Shown piece by piece: positions 31,108 through 40,279 of a stretch of DNA of 64,000 bases. The notes beneath the pieces are model-generated. The model worked only from the letters and a program-made list of their open reading frames with translations, searched no databases and was not told the origin of the DNA. The DNA lies in the IMG/VR virus record IMGVR_UViG_3300043410_001708, positions 32,001-96,000 of that record; one strand, written 5' to 3'. The translations under genes and the position numbers were made by a program. This DNA comes from a virus. The first letter of the stretch is position 1, and each line of letters starts with the position of its first letter.

Positions 31108-32373
31108 TTATCTGCCAACTTGCGGCAAATACTTAGCCTTGGTTTCTTCCCAAGACAGGTATATCAAGTCATCATAAAACAATGATTCATAAGATACATT
31201 ATTCTTTTTCTTCAACATTGATATACGACCCTTGGCATATTTGGTTTTCCAAATTTGCGTCAAGGTTTCTTCACTGGTATCAAATGATTTGACCAGTTGT
31301 TCATCACCAATTTCTTTCCTAAGATACTCATTGGTGTTGTTATAGAGAGGTGAGAAATAGATGCCTCTCTGATGTTCGGTACGGATAAGTTCTTTTGGAA
31401 TACCTAACTTACCATACGCAAAATTTAATGTACGATTTTTGTGGTCACGTTTAAGTGGAAGTCCTTTTTGATTCTTGGCTTCCCACCACTCAAAATATTT
31501 ACGTGTATGATTCTCTTTTACCCAATCATAAATCATTGTTCTGGTTTTTCTGGACGGTTCAAAAGCAACAGAACCACTAGAGAAACCCATTTTGTTCCAA
31601 TGTTCAAGACCATCATACTGAGATAGACCATTGGACTTAGTATTACCATAAAGAGAAGTAGTTGTAACTCCAACAAGAACATCACCATATTGTTTTTTCC
31701 AATCATTCTGTACAGTATCGGCAAGACACAATAGTGCCAACAATTTTCCACCCATGTAATTGAAACCAAGTGGTTGTAATGGAACAATTGTGGAACCGAT
31801 TGCAGTATGATTAATCATACCTTGTTGTGTCTTAACATCTCTAGGCCAACCGATGGCCGTGTCTCTTGGAGTCAAGTCCAAGAAGTCGGATGATATACAG
31901 ATAACACCAAGATATTTGTCTGTAACTTCATCAACCACAGTGTAATAAAGATTGCGGCCAATGTTTGAATTGTTTTTCATTGTGGAAGAAAATGTACGTA
32001 CAGTATTCCACGTTTCTGCCAAAGGTCCGTTAGATAAAACCAACTTTGGTTTTAGTTTTTCATAATCATCTGGACCTTCTGGCATCCAAAAATTCTTCTT
32101 TACTTTTTCAACCAGTTTCTTTTGTGTAACATCTACCAATTGTACTTCTTCTTCAAAAAGTGTACTGATGGTTCTGGTTGGATATTTCTCATGGACCTCT
32201 AACCACTTTTGATATAAGGTATACTCACGCACATCCATTTGTGATGCATACGTGAGGTCCTTAATCAATATCTCTTTCAATTGCTCGGTATCAATATGTT
32301 CAAAACGTTCAGGATCATTTAGTACCTGCCATTTCTCCCACTGAGCATCAACATAATCTATAGGTGTGGCCAT
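31108..32373 (-). CDS. DUF4338/DruA-like protein (paralog 2)
   Basis: VPLQPLGFNYMGGKLLA and TTTSLYG..SQYDG motifs. Confidence 0.7.
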   Translation of the reverse strand: MATPIDYVDAQWEKWQVLNDPERFEHIDTEQLKEILIKDLTYASQMDVREYTLYQKWLEVHEKYPTRTISTLFEEEVQLVDVTQKKLVEKVKKNFWMPEGPDDYEKLKPKLVLSNGPLAETWNTVRTFSSTMKNNSNIGRNLYYTVVDEVTDKYLGVICISSDFLDLTPRDTAIGWPRDVKTQQGMINHTAIGSTIVPLQPLGFNYMGGKLLALLCLADTVQNDWKKQYGDVLVGVTTTSLYGNTKSNGLSQYDGLEHWNKMGFSSGSVAFEPSRKTRTMIYDWVKENHTRKYFEWWEAKNQKGLPLKRDHKNRTLNFAYGKLGIPKELIRTEHQRGIYFSPLYNNTNEYLRKEIGDEQLVKSFDTSEETLTQIWKTKYAKGRISMLKKKNNVSYESLFYDDLIYLSWEETKAKYLPQVGR

Positions 32374-32978
32374 TATTTTTTATTCAAAAGTTTATTCATC
32401 TTTTTAGGATTGAAATATTTGCGTCTAATTTTATCCAATCTCTTTAAACCAAATTGTAACGCAAGCGGTTTTACACGACTAGTATACACTATCCCGTTCA
32501 TATGGTCAAGCTCATGAAGAAAACATCTTGCAGATATGCCACTAAAAGTTTTGGTACGTTTCTCACCTGTGAAATCCTGATACTCAACTTCCACATGTTC
32601 TGGTCTGGTGATACGAAGATTTAGGAAAGGGAATGAAAGGCATCCTTCTTCCATGTGTTTCTCACCACTTGATGAAATGATTTTCGGATTAAAGTATGCC
32701 ACATATTCTTCACCGGCACCCATAACAAAAACACGGTACTCAAAACCACATTGATTAGCAGATAGTCCAATACCGTTATGTTTTCTGCAAGTTTCTACCA
32801 ATGTTGATGCGAAACTATTTGGATTGATTGGTGCATTTTCAAAATCAAACTCCGGTAGGACTTTGTAAAGTGCTGGATGGTCTGGCGGTACCAAGTCAAA
32901 CGTTTCAACCTTTTCGGCTGTCGGTGCAACCTTAATGGTTTCTTCTGTGTTATATAAGACAATATCTTCTGTATTCAT
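32373..32978 (-). CDS. def: peptide deformylase
   Basis: GIGLSANQ, EGCLS, HELDH. Confidence 0.95.
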   Translation of the reverse strand: MNTEDIVLYNTEETIKVAPTAEKVETFDLVPPDHPALYKVLPEFDFENAPINPNSFASTLVETCRKHNGIGLSANQCGFEYRVFVMGAGEEYVAYFNPKIISSSGEKHMEEGCLSFPFLNLRITRPEHVEVEYQDFTGEKRTKTFSGISARCFLHELDHMNGIVYTSRVKPLALQFGLKRLDKIRRKYFNPKKMNKLLNKK

Positions 32979-32989
32979 TTTGCAATCCT

Positions 32990-33128
32990 TTAAAATTTAT
33001 AAAAATTATCTCTCTCAATAGCTGCTTTTTTGTAAGCTTCATGTGCTTCTTCTGGTTAAATTTCCTGTTTTTTCACAGTAATCAAACATCTCTTTTAATT
33101 CCAATTGTGTTATGTGTGCAATTGTCAT
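32990..33128 (-). pseudogene. internally deleted HNH/AP2 homing endonuclease remnant
   Basis: N-terminal MTIAHITQLELKEMFDYCEKTGNL joined out of frame to PEEAHEAYKKAA; 15-bp direct repeats. Confidence 0.7.
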
Positions 33129-34843
33129 TTTGCAATCCTACTGAAATTATTCTTTTTCTCGAACTTAATCACGCTCCTAAATTTATCGAACAGTTGGTCG
33201 CCTTTATGTGAGATAACAAATACATTTGTATCTGCTCCCATTTCATGTATCAACTTCAGAAATTCTTCAGTGCCTACTGTATCAAGGCTAGAATCAAATA
33301 CCTCATCAAGTATCAACAAATTTGTATTGGTACTATTCTTTAGTTTGGCAATTTGTCGCCAAGTAAACAATAATGCCAAATCAATACGCATCTTTTCACC
33401 TTCTGAAAAATTAGCATAAGAGAAATCATCACGGTGTCTACTCTTAATTGTTTCTTCAAAATTTTCATTGATGTTAAAGTTAACAAAAAAGTCCATTGCT
33501 TTTAGGTACTTGTTAATCAACTTGTTCATTATTGGCAAGTATTGTTTGATAATACGTGTCTTAATGCCTCCATCTTTCAACAAAGTACCTGCAAATTCAT
33601 GGTAATGTTTTTCTATCAAAGTTGATTCATAAGCTTTACGATATTCTTCTAATGCAGCATTCAGTTCAGTTAATTTTTGGTCACTGCCTTCCGTATTAGA
33701 TTGTTTCTTAGTCAGTTCATCAATCTCAATATTCAACTTAGAAATGTAGTTGTTTATTGCTGATATGGTAGAAGTATGTTTAATAACTTCACCATGATGT
33801 TGACTGATATGTGAAAGTATATCCGTTATTGATTTTATTTCAGTAGTTACTTTGTTTAACTCCTGTTCAATCTCAACCAGTCCAGTTTTTTGTGTAGAGA
33901 TTTTCTCTGTTTTTTCTTGTACTTGAGAATTTTTCCACTCAGGTGTGATAGATTGTTTGCAAGTTGGGCAATCGTGGTTGTTTTCATAGAAGTCAATCTC
34001 CTTTTGATTTCGGTCAATATTAGTTTGTACTTTACCTTTGATTTGAAACAGACTCTTGGATTTTTTATCCAGTTTCTCTTTCTTATCACCAACCTTATTC
34101 TGTAATACCGCAATGTGTTTATTAATCAACTGAATATCACTTTGCAATGTACTCATTTGTGTTTTTGATTTTTCTATTTCTTCCTGTTTGCGTTTTATTT
34201 CTGCATCGTGGTTCTTTTTATGTTCCTCGATGTTTTGTTTTTGTAGTGTTATCTTTTCTTCTGTCAAAGAAATGGCATACTTGGATTTATTTAAGTCATC
34301 TTTAATTGCCGAGTTCTTTTCTTTAATGACGTTGTTCATTGAGGAAAAGATTTGAATGTCTAGTAGGTCTTCAATGATTGCCCTACGGTCAGCAGCCGAT
34401 AACTGCATGAATGGAACAAAGGATGCTGAACCAAGAATGACAACCTGCGTGAAGGACTTGTAATTTAGTTTGAGAATATTATTCTCTAGTATCTCTTGAT
34501 AGTCTTTTGCAGCTGCATCTTGGTTCAGCAATACATCATTCAAATAAATTTCAAATACGTTTGGTTTAATACCACGAATGACCTTATATTTCTTTTGGCC
34601 AATGTTGAAATGTACTTCAACGACTGCCTCTTTACCATTGACAGAGTTGAGTAATTGTGGTTTGTTTATCTTACGAAATGGTTTACCAAATAAACCAAAA
34701 CACAATGCATCCAAAATTGTGGACTTGCCTGCACCATTATGGCCAATAATCAATGTGTTATTGGACTTGGTAAAATCAATCTCAGTAAAGTGTGCTCCAG
34801 TGGATAGAAAGTTCTTCCACTTAATCTTTTGGAATAAAATCAT
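33125..34843 (-). CDS. 46: gp46 recombination ATPase (Rad50/SbcC-like)
   Basis: GHNGAGKST, CPTC zinc hook, FSEGE, LDEVFD. Confidence 0.97.
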   Translation of the reverse strand: MILFQKIKWKNFLSTGAHFTEIDFTKSNNTLIIGHNGAGKSTILDALCFGLFGKPFRKINKPQLLNSVNGKEAVVEVHFNIGQKKYKVIRGIKPNVFEIYLNDVLLNQDAAAKDYQEILENNILKLNYKSFTQVVILGSASFVPFMQLSAADRRAIIEDLLDIQIFSSMNNVIKEKNSAIKDDLNKSKYAISLTEEKITLQKQNIEEHKKNHDAEIKRKQEEIEKSKTQMSTLQSDIQLINKHIAVLQNKVGDKKEKLDKKSKSLFQIKGKVQTNIDRNQKEIDFYENNHDCPTCKQSITPEWKNSQVQEKTEKISTQKTGLVEIEQELNKVTTEIKSITDILSHISQHHGEVIKHTSTISAINNYISKLNIEIDELTKKQSNTEGSDQKLTELNAALEEYRKAYESTLIEKHYHEFAGTLLKDGGIKTRIIKQYLPIMNKLINKYLKAMDFFVNFNINENFEETIKSRHRDDFSYANFSEGEKMRIDLALLFTWRQIAKLKNSTNTNLLILDEVFDSSLDTVGTEEFLKLIHEMGADTNVFVISHKGDQLFDKFRSVIKFEKKNNFSRIAK

Positions 34844-35907
34844 GCTTGTTCAGTATTCAATGCCTCTACGTAGAGTTCTTTCAATAATGTTTTTAACCGG
34901 TCGTTGTCAATACTTTCTTCCGTAATGCCATCAACATACTTGTTTAATATAGTGAGTGTATCTTCTGCTTCATCAATTACATCCTCACCGTCTTCCAACT
35001 CTGTAATATCTTCTGCAATACTAATGTCCGCAGGGTTTACATTATACAGGTTATTCATGAACTTGTCAAACAAATATGGGTTGTTTTTATTAATTACAAC
35101 CACTTTAACATAGGTGTTTGTGTATGGCTTTAAATCTTTGCCATCAATTTCTTTGATAGATTGTTCTTTGTCATCGTAAATAATACGATGGAACATTTTA
35201 TTTGGATTCTCTATGAATTCCAGTTGGTGAGTATCCAGGTCAAACAGATGAAAACCCCGGCTGTCATTATAATCTTGCCAAGTAAGTTCGTACGGATTGC
35301 CCAAATAGTAGATATCATCACTAGAAGATTTGTGATGGTAATGACCACTAAAAGTGTGACTAAACTTCCTAAAAATAGCACGATCCAACCCTCCTTCAGA
35401 TGGCATGCCACGATACATGGCAAAGCCTGCAATTTCAAAATGACCCATACAAAACTTTGCATCGGTCTCCTTTAATGTCTTTAAAGAATCTTCATAATTA
35501 TCTGGACATATCCAAGGCATCATACAAATCTTATGTGGTCCAACATATATTTCGGTTGGATGGTCAATAACATTTAATGATATACCATATTCACCAAGAA
35601 GTAAATCGGCTGAATTAATATCATTGGTGTTCTTAAAGTAAGTGTCGTGGTTGCCTGCCAGCATATGCACTTGAATACCCATTTCAAACAATGGTTCAAA
35701 GAACATTTGTTTGGCACGTTTCAATGAGAAGAAGTTGATGTACTTTCTACGGTCAAATGTATCACCAAGAATGAGTACGGTATCAATCTTTTCTTTCACC
35801 AATGTTGGAAAGAAAGTCTCTTTATAAAACTTCTCAAAGAAATCCAAAAACAATGTTGAATCGTTTCTGGCACCAAAATGTTGGTCAGTAATTATCGCAA
35901 CTTTCAT
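34840..35907 (-). CDS. 47: gp47 recombination nuclease (Mre11/SbcD-like)
   Basis: TDQHFG, GDTFD, GNHD, SGHYH. Confidence 0.95.
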   Translation of the reverse strand: MKVAIITDQHFGARNDSTLFLDFFEKFYKETFFPTLVKEKIDTVLILGDTFDRRKYINFFSLKRAKQMFFEPLFEMGIQVHMLAGNHDTYFKNTNDINSADLLLGEYGISLNVIDHPTEIYVGPHKICMMPWICPDNYEDSLKTLKETDAKFCMGHFEIAGFAMYRGMPSEGGLDRAIFRKFSHTFSGHYHHKSSSDDIYYLGNPYELTWQDYNDSRGFHLFDLDTHQLEFIENPNKMFHRIIYDDKEQSIKEIDGKDLKPYTNTYVKVVVINKNNPYLFDKFMNNLYNVNPADISIAEDITELEDGEDVIDEAEDTLTILNKYVDGITEESIDNDRLKTLLKELYVEALNTEQA

Positions 35908-36344
35908 ACTATATTTTTCATCATCTTTTCTGCTTCCGCATCCACTACTCTTTGCCTCAACTCTGTTGTTGAAAAAGTGTGTTCACGTTTGTTAAAGTAA
36001 AATTTTATACCTTTACTGATACACTCTTGCCTACCCGTAAAAGTTTTGTTTTCATACTCATCACCTAGGATTCTAACATTAATTGCATAAGAAAGCAATA
36101 TGTCCAACAGGTCTTTTTCCGTGGCATAAACCACAATTTCATCCACATATTTGCAGGCTTGTAGTTGTACATACCTTTCAAAGATGCTTTGAACTGGCCT
36201 GTTTTTTTCTTTAGGTCTATCTATGGTAGGGTCGGTTTGTAATCCAACTATAAGATAATCACACTGTTGTTTGGCTTCTTTAAGCATTATAATATGTCCA
36301 GCATGAAACAAATCAAAAGTGGAACAAGTAAATCCAATTTTCAT
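35904..36344 (-). CDS. cytidylyltransferase (TagD-like)
   Basis: TFDLFHAGH, R..FSTT; start reassigned to MKIGFT. Confidence 0.85.
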   Translation of the reverse strand: MKIGFTCSTFDLFHAGHIIMLKEAKQQCDYLIVGLQTDPTIDRPKEKNRPVQSIFERYVQLQACKYVDEIVVYATEKDLLDILLSYAINVRILGDEYENKTFTGRQECISKGIKFYFNKREHTFSTTELRQRVVDAEAEKMMKNIV

Positions 36345-36348
36345 TATA

Positions 36349-36894
36349 TCACTCCTCAATAAATTTTTCAAGCCCTTTTGGTTTCTTTGCAGCGTCTTTG
36401 CCAGCCTTCTTAGTCTTTCTGGCATCTTCATATGTTTCAATGAACTCTGCAATATTCTCATATAGTTCGAATTGTTTTGTGGTACCATCTTCCGATTCTA
36501 ACATTTCAAATTCATCCAGAATACCATACATCTCTGTTGCTTTGTACTTAACGTATAGTTGTTTCTTTTCTTTTTGTATTCGGCGTAGGAATGCAAAATA
36601 GATGACTTGAGTGAAATAGGCAAATGGATTGTTAGACTTAGATGGGTCAAAGTTCTCAAAGTACATCAAACAATTTTCGATACCATCAGAAATCATTTCG
36701 TCACGGTAAGTATAATTGATGAAGTTTGGTTTATGAGATAGTCCTTCGGCAATTTTCATAAAACATTCACCAATGTAATTTGGAATGTTTGGTTTTGGTT
36801 TGCCAGCCGCTTCGGCTTCTACGCATCTAGCCTTGTAATCGACAAGTGCCTTTAGGAAATCTTGATTGTTTATATAATGTTTTTGTTTACTCAT
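36349..36894 (-). CDS. 55: gp55 late sigma factor
   Basis: HYINN..F, NFINYTYRDEMISDGIENC, NPFAYFTQ. Confidence 0.95.
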   Translation of the reverse strand: MSKQKHYINNQDFLKALVDYKARCVEAEAAGKPKPNIPNYIGECFMKIAEGLSHKPNFINYTYRDEMISDGIENCLMYFENFDPSKSNNPFAYFTQVIYFAFLRRIQKEKKQLYVKYKATEMYGILDEFEMLESEDGTTKQFELYENIAEFIETYEDARKTKKAGKDAAKKPKGLEKFIEE

Positions 36895-36916
36895 TCAAAT
36901 GTACCATAAAAAGTTG

Positions 36917-36945
36917 TTGACAAAGGGCTTGACATGTGATATAGT
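36917..36945 (+). promoter_or_regulatory. antisense sigma70 promoter upstream of gene 55
   Basis: TTGACA-17-TATAGT on the + strand. Confidence 0.55.
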
Positions 36946-36966
36946 TCACGGTGTCCCCCTATGATA

Positions 36967-37317
36967 TTAATGTAATAAGGATTTACCAATTTCCTTTTCT
37001 TCGAAAGCAGCTAGTACCTCATCATTGAGTTCCACTTCTCTTTCTTTTCTCTCAGAGTCTTTTAACCGAATTACTGACGAAATATAATATTCTTCAAAAT
37101 CTTCGGACGGATCCATTGTACATAAAACATTTTCGGTTCCAATCTCAACAGATTCACCTTTCATTACGGCCATTGGTAACCAGTACTGTAGTACCAGATT
37201 TATGCCCCTGAGTTCAAACAACATGGGATTGTCAATCACCAGTTTGTTATTCTTTTCAAAAATGCAGTCACAGATTATATCTAGACCATCTTTAAAACGT
37301 AAAATTTTAACTGCCAT
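36967..37317 (-). CDS. hypothetical T4-like protein between uvsW and 55
   Basis: synteny; Sm-like N-terminus. Confidence 0.7.
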   Translation of the reverse strand: MAVKILRFKDGLDIICDCIFEKNNKLVIDNPMLFELRGINLVLQYWLPMAVMKGESVEIGTENVLCTMDPSEDFEEYYISSVIRLKDSERKEREVELNDEVLAAFEEKEIGKSLLH

Positions 37318-38794
37318 TTTTTAGTCCTATATTGTAAATCTTAAAAGAGAACTGTTCTTCATTATATATCTTCACTCTTTCAACGAAATGTTGCAGAGTA
37401 AAGTTTGTGTGTTTTTTGATTCTAAGGTCATCTGCAATATCATAAAGTGTTGCAATCTCTTTATTATCCGACTGTCTCAGTCCACGACCAATAGATTGTA
37501 AGTTTCTCACCCTCGATTTTGATGGTGATGTGAATATGATATTGTGTAAGTTCTTGATGTTGATACCGGTACTTGTTGTACCAAACGAAGCCACAAATAT
37601 GGCGTTGTTCGATAACTCCATAAGTCTACGTATTTCTTCTCTAACATCCGTTTCAACACCACCGTCAACAAAGAATACATTTCGACCGACTGCCTTTTCT
37701 CTAATCATTTCATAAAGTAATTTGCCATGTTTTTTCATTTGAAACAATACCAATGTATTCTTGTCTAAACTTACAGCCAAGTTACGAATAAAACGATTTC
37801 GATTTTCAGACTCAATTAGAAATTTCAATTCATCAGGATAAGATTTATCTTTCATTTCTTGACAAATCTCCTCAGAGTGTTTCAATACCAAACACTTGAT
37901 GTTAAATGGAGATAATTGTTTCTTGTCAATCAATTCTTTGGTGGTGATAACCTTTTTAGTTGGTCCAAACAAACCTTCTAGTACCAATTTGTGTGTTTTA
38001 GTTCCATCCAAAGTTCCAGTAAGACCAATTCGGTACTTGGCATTTACACAAGCCGTCAATATAGATGTTAACGATTGTGCTTTGAATAGGTGTGCTTCGT
38101 CACCAATCACATAATCAAATTGGTGGAAGTATTCTGCGGGCAATTTGTAGAGAGATTGCCAAGTAGAGATTGTAAGTTTTTTGTCAGTTACTTTATCTTT
38201 ACCTTGATAGATTCTATGTACATTACCTTCAACATCAAAACCATTTTCACTTGAATAATCTTGGAAGTCTGTGTACAACTGTTCTACCAATGATGTTGTT
38301 GGTACAATAATTAAACCTTTCAGTTCTTGATAATCCAATAATTGTCTAAACAATAAGTATATGATAAGTGATTTACCTGATGCTGTTGGTGACAATAATA
38401 AGGTTCTACGTTTTTGGATTGCTTCAATAAACGCATTTTGTTGGTGTTCTCTGACACCGATTGGTTTACTATTTGAATGTAGATTCAAAGTATCAAAGAA
38501 TTTGTGTGCGTGATACACAGAATATTCATCTTCAATCAAATTATGTGAATATGCATACTCACGTTCATCACAAAACTCCGTAAGATACGGAACTAGTCCA
38601 AGATATAGTTGACTGGTTTGTAGATTGAATAGACGAATCTTACCATCCCAAATGCGATTCCGATAGGCTGGAACGAATTGATAACCAGGTACAAAGAACG
38701 TGAAGTATTCTGATAGTTCCCTTGCAACGTGGCGTTCACAGACCACTTTACCGTACACCTCATTTACTTTTGCTATTGTAATGTGTTCAGACAT
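37307..38794 (-). CDS. uvsW: UvsW helicase
   Basis: SPTASGKS, DEAH, QSIGRGLR. Confidence 0.95.
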   Translation of the reverse strand: MSEHITIAKVNEVYGKVVCERHVARELSEYFTFFVPGYQFVPAYRNRIWDGKIRLFNLQTSQLYLGLVPYLTEFCDEREYAYSHNLIEDEYSVYHAHKFFDTLNLHSNSKPIGVREHQQNAFIEAIQKRRTLLLSPTASGKSLIIYLLFRQLLDYQELKGLIIVPTTSLVEQLYTDFQDYSSENGFDVEGNVHRIYQGKDKVTDKKLTISTWQSLYKLPAEYFHQFDYVIGDEAHLFKAQSLTSILTACVNAKYRIGLTGTLDGTKTHKLVLEGLFGPTKKVITTKELIDKKQLSPFNIKCLVLKHSEEICQEMKDKSYPDELKFLIESENRNRFIRNLAVSLDKNTLVLFQMKKHGKLLYEMIREKAVGRNVFFVDGGVETDVREEIRRLMELSNNAIFVASFGTTSTGINIKNLHNIIFTSPSKSRVRNLQSIGRGLRQSDNKEIATLYDIADDLRIKKHTNFTLQHFVERVKIYNEEQFSFKIYNIGLKNGS

Positions 38795-38954
38795 AATGAT
38801 ATCTCAAAGCATAGTATAATGCCAAACATGCAAAATAAAAGACGACATAATATAAAGCCCTAGTTCTCCACATGGTTGCAGCAAAGAACATGCCAACCAT
38901 AAAAGAGAATAGGTTTATTGCCTCAAACGATATTGTGAAGAAATTACTTGACAT
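38787..38954 (-). CDS. small membrane protein
   Basis: two hydrophobic segments. Confidence 0.5.
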   Translation of the reverse strand: MSSNFFTISFEAINLFSFMVGMFFAATMWRTRALYYVVFYFACLALYYALRYHYV

Positions 38955-39150
38955 ATTTTTCCTTTTTTTTATTAAAATGCCTATCGGCAATTTCTTCAAT
39001 TACTATGGTTAATATAGGTCTATATTGTTTATCAACCCAATGTTTAGCTGCCCAATCCAAATATTCATCAGGCACATCTTTTAGATAAAACCCTTTATAT
39101 TTACCAAATGGCAACGGTGTATGTTTTCTGGATACGTGGTCTTTCTTCAT
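38944..39150 (-). CDS. DUF3820-like small protein
   Basis: LPFGKYKG..LKDVPDEYLDW. Confidence 0.7.
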   Translation of the reverse strand: MKKDHVSRKHTPLPFGKYKGFYLKDVPDEYLDWAAKHWVDKQYRPILTIVIEEIADRHFNKKKEKYVK

Positions 39151-39151
39151 G

Positions 39152-39586
39152 TTACTGTCCGTTTACAAATTTTTCCCATGAGATAAAGTCTCTTAACTGC
39201 CACGTTCTTTGTTTAAGTTCTGCCATCACCGATTCTATTACGGAGATAACTTCTTCGTGGTAGACCTTCTTTTCAAGTAATTTGATAAGGTCTTTGTCTG
39301 CTTCTAGGTAAGTATTGATATCCGATTTGAGTGCAAACTGGAATGGTTCCCATCCGTATTGTTCCAATTCTTCTTCGGACATTTTGCCAGTAAAGTATTC
39401 CCACTTTACTTTACGCATACGTAGATAATCAAAGTGTGCTTTCTTTGATGCAATCTTATGTTTAGTAAGGATGCCAAGATACTTACTATGATATTTGGGA
39501 ATGTTTAATAGTTCTTTAGATGGTTCAGTTTGGTCAATAACCGCATCCGATTCCCACATTTTTAAAACTTGTTCAAGTGTTTCCAT
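39152..39586 (-). CDS. uvsY: UvsY recombination mediator
   Basis: IPKYHSKY..YLEADKD..RTWQLRDFISWEKF; TTGACA-17-TATAAT promoter at 39664-39692. Confidence 0.92.
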   Translation of the reverse strand: METLEQVLKMWESDAVIDQTEPSKELLNIPKYHSKYLGILTKHKIASKKAHFDYLRMRKVKWEYFTGKMSEEELEQYGWEPFQFALKSDINTYLEADKDLIKLLEKKVYHEEVISVIESVMAELKQRTWQLRDFISWEKFVNGQ

Positions 39587-39680
39587 ATCTATTCATCTAT
39601 CTATTCAAATAACAAAATCTCTTTAGAAATCAACAACTTAATGTCATTTTATCTATTCAAAACATTATAACACAAAATGA

Positions 39681-40193
39681 TTACACTGTCAAGTATGTGT
39701 ATGACTGATATCTAAATGTTGCCGTTGCGGTCATTATTGTGTCCGCAGATTGTGTGGTATCAAATCTAATATCACTAATACTCAAAGGAAAAACATTTAG
39801 ATATTGTATTCTTAATATTGGATTATTCAGTCCGCTTAGAATCGTTAAAGTGGCATCTGAAAAATGTTTGTTTGTTTGCAATTCTTTACTGCCGTCACGT
39901 TTTTCAAAACCATCGGGGTCTGCCATGGTAAGAAACCAATCATATATGTTTTTCCATCCCTGCAATTCTTCATCTAATATGAATTCTACAGTCAATGGAT
40001 CATAACTCAATTTTGTACCAGGCGAGTACATATCCAAAAATGGCGTTGCTCTATTCACTTCACCCAATGTAACACCAGGAAGATTAACTGTTTGACAGAA
40101 ATATTGAGTTGTTCTGATTCTATCAAACGTTAATAGAAACTTGGTAGGTTGAAGTAAATTGGTATTTTGTGGTGTTCTGGTTATTGCAGACAT
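39681..40193 (-). CDS. 3: gp3-like tail completion protein
   Basis: YFCQTVNLPG..SDATLTIL..FPLSIS. Confidence 0.85.
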   Translation of the reverse strand: MSAITRTPQNTNLLQPTKFLLTFDRIRTTQYFCQTVNLPGVTLGEVNRATPFLDMYSPGTKLSYDPLTVEFILDEELQGWKNIYDWFLTMADPDGFEKRDGSKELQTNKHFSDATLTILSGLNNPILRIQYLNVFPLSISDIRFDTTQSADTIMTATATFRYQSYTYLTV

Positions 40194-40222
40194 TTTATCT
40201 CCTCTACTACTATTTAGGAGCC

Positions 40223-40251
40223 AAAAAAAAGACCACCCGAAGGTGGTCTTT
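40223..40251 (-). terminator. gene 23 terminator
   Basis: AAGACCACC-TTCG-GGTGGTCTT followed by a T run. Confidence 0.9.
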
Positions 40252-40279
40252 AAGTATCACTCTATGGTGACTTTTTATC

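Noticed and set aside
39588-39662. Short ATCTATTCA repeats and a TAAGTTGTTGATTT motif upstream of uvsY
   Set aside because: They are short and AT-rich with no recombinase nearby, so they cannot be distinguished from chance or a local RBS duplication.
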